Assembly: GCF_009914755.1 (NCBI RefSeq)
Contig: NC_060941.1
Source: the human T2T-CHM13v2.0 reference genome, Homo sapiens
Reading direction: 5' to 3' (one strand)
Length of the DNA: 64,000 bases
Shown: piece after piece, positions 40,050 through 64,000 of the stretch
Position numbering within the stretch: the first letter of the stretch is position 1
How the letters are laid out: each line of letters starts with the position of its first letter
Notes under the pieces: generated by a model
What the model was told of the DNA's origin: nothing
The model's input: the letters and a program-made list of their open reading frames with translations, nothing else
The model's database searches: none
Program-made: the position numbers and the translations under genes

Positions 40050-40572
40050 GGAAGGTCGACGCCCGGCTGCCAGCCCAAGCCTCCGCTGGTAGACGCCCCG
40101 CGGACGCCATGACAAAGAGGTCGCAGAGGGTCAAATACAGCCTCTGGATTGAAGCAGTGGATATAGGAGCGAAGAGGCCAGAAGAAGTGGTAGATGTCTA
40201 GTCCTTGGCGAGCGCCCAAAAGCCATCTAACACTGCCACATGGTGTGCGAAGTAGGAATTGTTAGAAAGCCGAAGTTAGTACTGGTGTGCCCCATTTTAA
40301 CCAAACATCAAAATAGAGGCAATATATGATGATAACTCACTTTACATGAAGAGTGCACAAAAAAAGCCACCGCGTCCGGCCCTATTATTATTGAGCCACC
40401 GAGACCGGCCCTGTTATTATTATCATTTATGGACGGCAATTCTCTCTGTCGCCCAGGCTGGAGTGCAGTGATCATAGCTCACTGCAGCTTGGAACTCCTG
40501 GGCTTAAGGGATCCTCCCATCTGAGTCTCCTTAGTATCTGGGATTACAGGTACACACCACCATGCCCTGCTA

Positions 40573-41071
<499 letters not shown>

Positions 41072-42458
41072 TCAAGGAAATTTACTTCTATTCCTAGTTT
41101 CTTTCTTTTTTATTTTATTTATTTATTTATTTATTTTTTGAGACAGCCTTGTTCTGTCGCCCAGGCTGGAGTGCAGTGGCGTGATCTTGGCCCACTGCAA
41201 CCTCCGCCTCTCAGGTTCCCGAGTTAAAGCAATTCTCCTGCCTCAGACTCCTGAGTAGCTGGGACTACAGGCGCATGCCTCCAGGCCAGGCTAATTTTCT
41301 TTCGTATTTTAGTAGAGATGGGGTTTTACCATGTTGCCCAGGCTGGTCTCGAACTCCTGAACTCAGGCAATCCGCCTGCCTCAGCCTCCCAAAATGCTAG
41401 GATTATAGGCAAGGGCCACTGTGCCCGGCCTATTCCTAGTTTCTTAAGATTTATTTTTTGTAAAAAAAAAAAAAAAAAAGATTTATTTTTTGTAATAATT
41501 TCCAAATCTGGTGAAAGATCAGGGCTGGATAAAGGTTTAGAAATTGAACCTAATCCTTAAACAGTGGGAGGCCCCTGAAAAGTTTTAACTAGGAGTAGAA
41601 AAATAGCAGACTTGCATTTTGAATGTTTTGCTGTGGCTGCAGAGAATTGATGAGGGAGGGAGGGTCAAGACCAGTGCCCTGCAGGCTGTGGTGGCTCTCA
41701 TCTGTAATCCCAGCTCTTTGGAAACTCCACGCAGGAGGATCACTTGAGGCCAGGAGCTGGAGACTAGCCTGGGTGACAGAGCAAGACCCTATCGCTACAA
41801 AAAAGTGTGTTTTGTTTTGTTTTGAAACAGTCTCCCTCTGTCGCCCAGGCTGGAGTACAGTGGCACAATCTCAGGTCACTGCACCTCTGCCTCCCTGGTT
41901 CAAGTGATTCTCGTGCCTCAGCCTCCTGAGTGGCAGGGATTACAGGCCTGTGCCACCATGCCTGGAGAATTTTTGTATTTTCGGTAGAGACAGAGTTTCA
42001 CCATGTTGGCCAGGCTGGTCTTGAACTCCTGGGCTCAAGTGATCCACCCGCCTCAGCCTCCTAAAGTGATGGAATTGCAGGCATGAGCCACTATGCCCAG
42101 CCCAAAATATTTTTTTAATAAACATTTTAAAATTTTAATAAAAATTTTTAAAGCCTGGAGACCCTTATGGAGATTGTGGCAGTAACTAAGACTTGGATTA
42201 AGGAGTGTCCATAAAATATTTAGGCCTTGGTGGCCAGGCGAGGTGGCTGACGTCTGTAATCCCCGCACTTTGGGAGGCCGAGGCGGGCAGATCACCTGAG
42301 GTCAGGAGTTCGAGGCCAGCCTGACCAACATGGAGAAACCCCGTCTCTATTAAAAATACAAAATTAGGGCCTAGGGCAGTGGTTCACTCCTATAATCCCA
42401 GCACTTTGGGAGGCCAAGGCAGGTGGATCACGAGGTCAGGAGGTCAAGACCAGCCTCA

Positions 42459-43007
<549 letters not shown>

Positions 43008-43084
43008 TCAAGCGATCCTCCCGCCTTGGCCTCCCAGAGTGCTGGGATTACACGCGTGAGCCACTGCACCTGGGCCCTCTTGCT

Positions 43085-43957
<873 letters not shown>

Positions 43958-43984
43958 GCTTGCACACCCAACTGTCTAACTATT

Positions 43985-50774
<6,790 letters not shown>

Positions 50775-51560
50775 TCTTTTTTTTTTTTTTTTTTTTTTGA
50801 GACATAGTCTTCCTCTATTGCCCAGGCTGGAGTGCAGTGGTGCAGTGGCCTGATCTCGGCTCACCAGAACCTCTGCCTCCCGGGTTCAAGCTATTCTCCT
50901 GCCTCAGCCTCCCAAGTAGCTGCAACTACAGGCATGTGCCACCACGCCTGGCTAATTTTTATATTGTTAGTAGAGATGGAGTTTCGCCATGTTGGCCAGG
51001 CTGGTCTCAAACTCCTGACCTTGTGATCCACCCACCTTGGCCTCCCAAAGTGCTGGGATTATAGGTGTGAGCCACCATACCATACCCGGTTGAAACCGTG
51101 TTTCTTTTTTCTTTCTTTCTTTCTTTTTTTTTTTTTTTGAGAAGGAGTCTCACTTAGTTGCTCAGGCTGGAGTGCAATGGCAGGATCTCGGCTCACTGCA
51201 ACCTCCGCCTCCCAGGTTCTAGTGATTCTCCTGCCTCAGCCTCCTGAGTAGCTGGGGCTACAGGCGCCCGCCACCACGGCCGGCTAATTTTTTGTATTTT
51301 TAGTAGAGACAGGGTTTCACCGTGTTAGCCAGGCTGGTCTCGAATTCCTGACCTCGAGTGATCGCCTGCCTCGGCCTCCCACAGTGCTGGGATTATAGGT
51401 GTGAGGCACCGCGCCTGACCCCATTTTGGCTTAAATGTCTGCCCTTCACAATCTAGTCTCTAGGGATGCTCTAGCCTCATCCTGACACACTCTACTTCTG
51501 ACACACTACACTTCTTTCCTTCCTCCAAAAGGTCTTTCCATTTGGTGTTACAATAGCTTA

Positions 51561-52017
<457 letters not shown>

Positions 52018-52315
52018 TTACATCTCTTATCCTAGCATTTGTCATGCAGGATTGCAGTTGATTATTTTTCTTTTCTGTGTATAAGCTTGTGATGGCAGGA
52101 CTGTCTTTCATGTCTTTGTTCGCAGAGTTTAATATAATGATGCTATACAGTAGCACCTAACAAATATCTCCTGAATGAACTCATGAATCCTATAAAATCA
52201 ATAACAGGGTAATTCTCCCAGATAAGTATAGGACTCTGCTTATTTAATTTGGGTATTTGGATTTGTGTACCTGGCAGAGGGTGGTACCAAATAGCGTGCC
52301 TCATGTTCTTTTTTT

Positions 52316-52422
52316 TTTTTAATCTAAAGTAAAGTTAGTAAAGTTAACAGAGTCTTATTCTGTGTTCTTGACACCACAGAATAAGCCTCTATTAACTTTA
52401 CTAACTTTTTGTAGATTAAAAA
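52316..52422. repeat. Long imperfect palindrome (hairpin, ~48-bp arms, 10-nt loop)
   Basis: tttttaatctaaagtaaagttagtaaagttaacagagtcttattctgtg-ttcttgacac-cacagaataagcctctattaactttactaactttttgtagattaaaaa. Confidence 0.93.
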
Positions 52423-52457
52423 TAATAATAATAATAATAATAATTAAAGGAAAATAG

Positions 52458-64000
<11,543 letters not shown>

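Larger units (their letters stand above)
38590..40130. promoter_or_regulatory. UBE2G1: CpG island / UBE2G1 housekeeping promoter
   Basis: Abrupt rise in GC and CpG content, free of repeats, spanning exon 1 and the start of intron 1. No TATA box seen. Confidence 0.95.

Noticed and set aside
40231-40247. CTCF-like motif (CACCATGTGGCAGTG on the minus strand) upstream of the promoter
   Set aside because: It mismatches a core G of the CTCF consensus and could simply be an E-box; not supportable without ChIP data.

Overview
Human (primate) genomic DNA, extremely Alu-dense. The only real coding sequence is the first coding exon of UBE2G1 on the minus strand (39534-39579, MTELQSALLLRRQLA+G, then a GTGAGC donor). 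It lies in a ~1.5 kb CpG-island promoter with YY1, GC-box, NRF1 and ETS motifs. Bases 1-39533 are UBE2G1 intron 1 (exon 2 is not in the window), and ~40.1-64 kb is upstream intergenic DNA. Nearly all ORFs in the track are Alu-derived or GC-content artefacts. Other repeats include old L1M and L2 LINEs, MIR, THE1/MST and LTR33-type LTRs, and Tigger1, Tigger4, MER44, MER20 and MER104 DNA transposons. Retrocopies include a TPT1 3' fragment fused to an Alu, a Y1 RNA fragment and a polyadenylated LTR8-like fragment. The most interesting non-obvious structures are: (i) a three-copy L2 segment (A+ / B- / C+) upstream of the gene, containing a 406-bp inverted repeat with only 3 mismatches (gene conversion or micro-inversion candidate); (ii) a candidate cryptic exon in intron 1 that is in frame with exon 1; (iii) a ~107-bp fold-back hairpin; (iv) several short templated duplications. 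I see no convincing new protein-coding system. Repeat-family names come from recalled consensus sequences, not from a database search.
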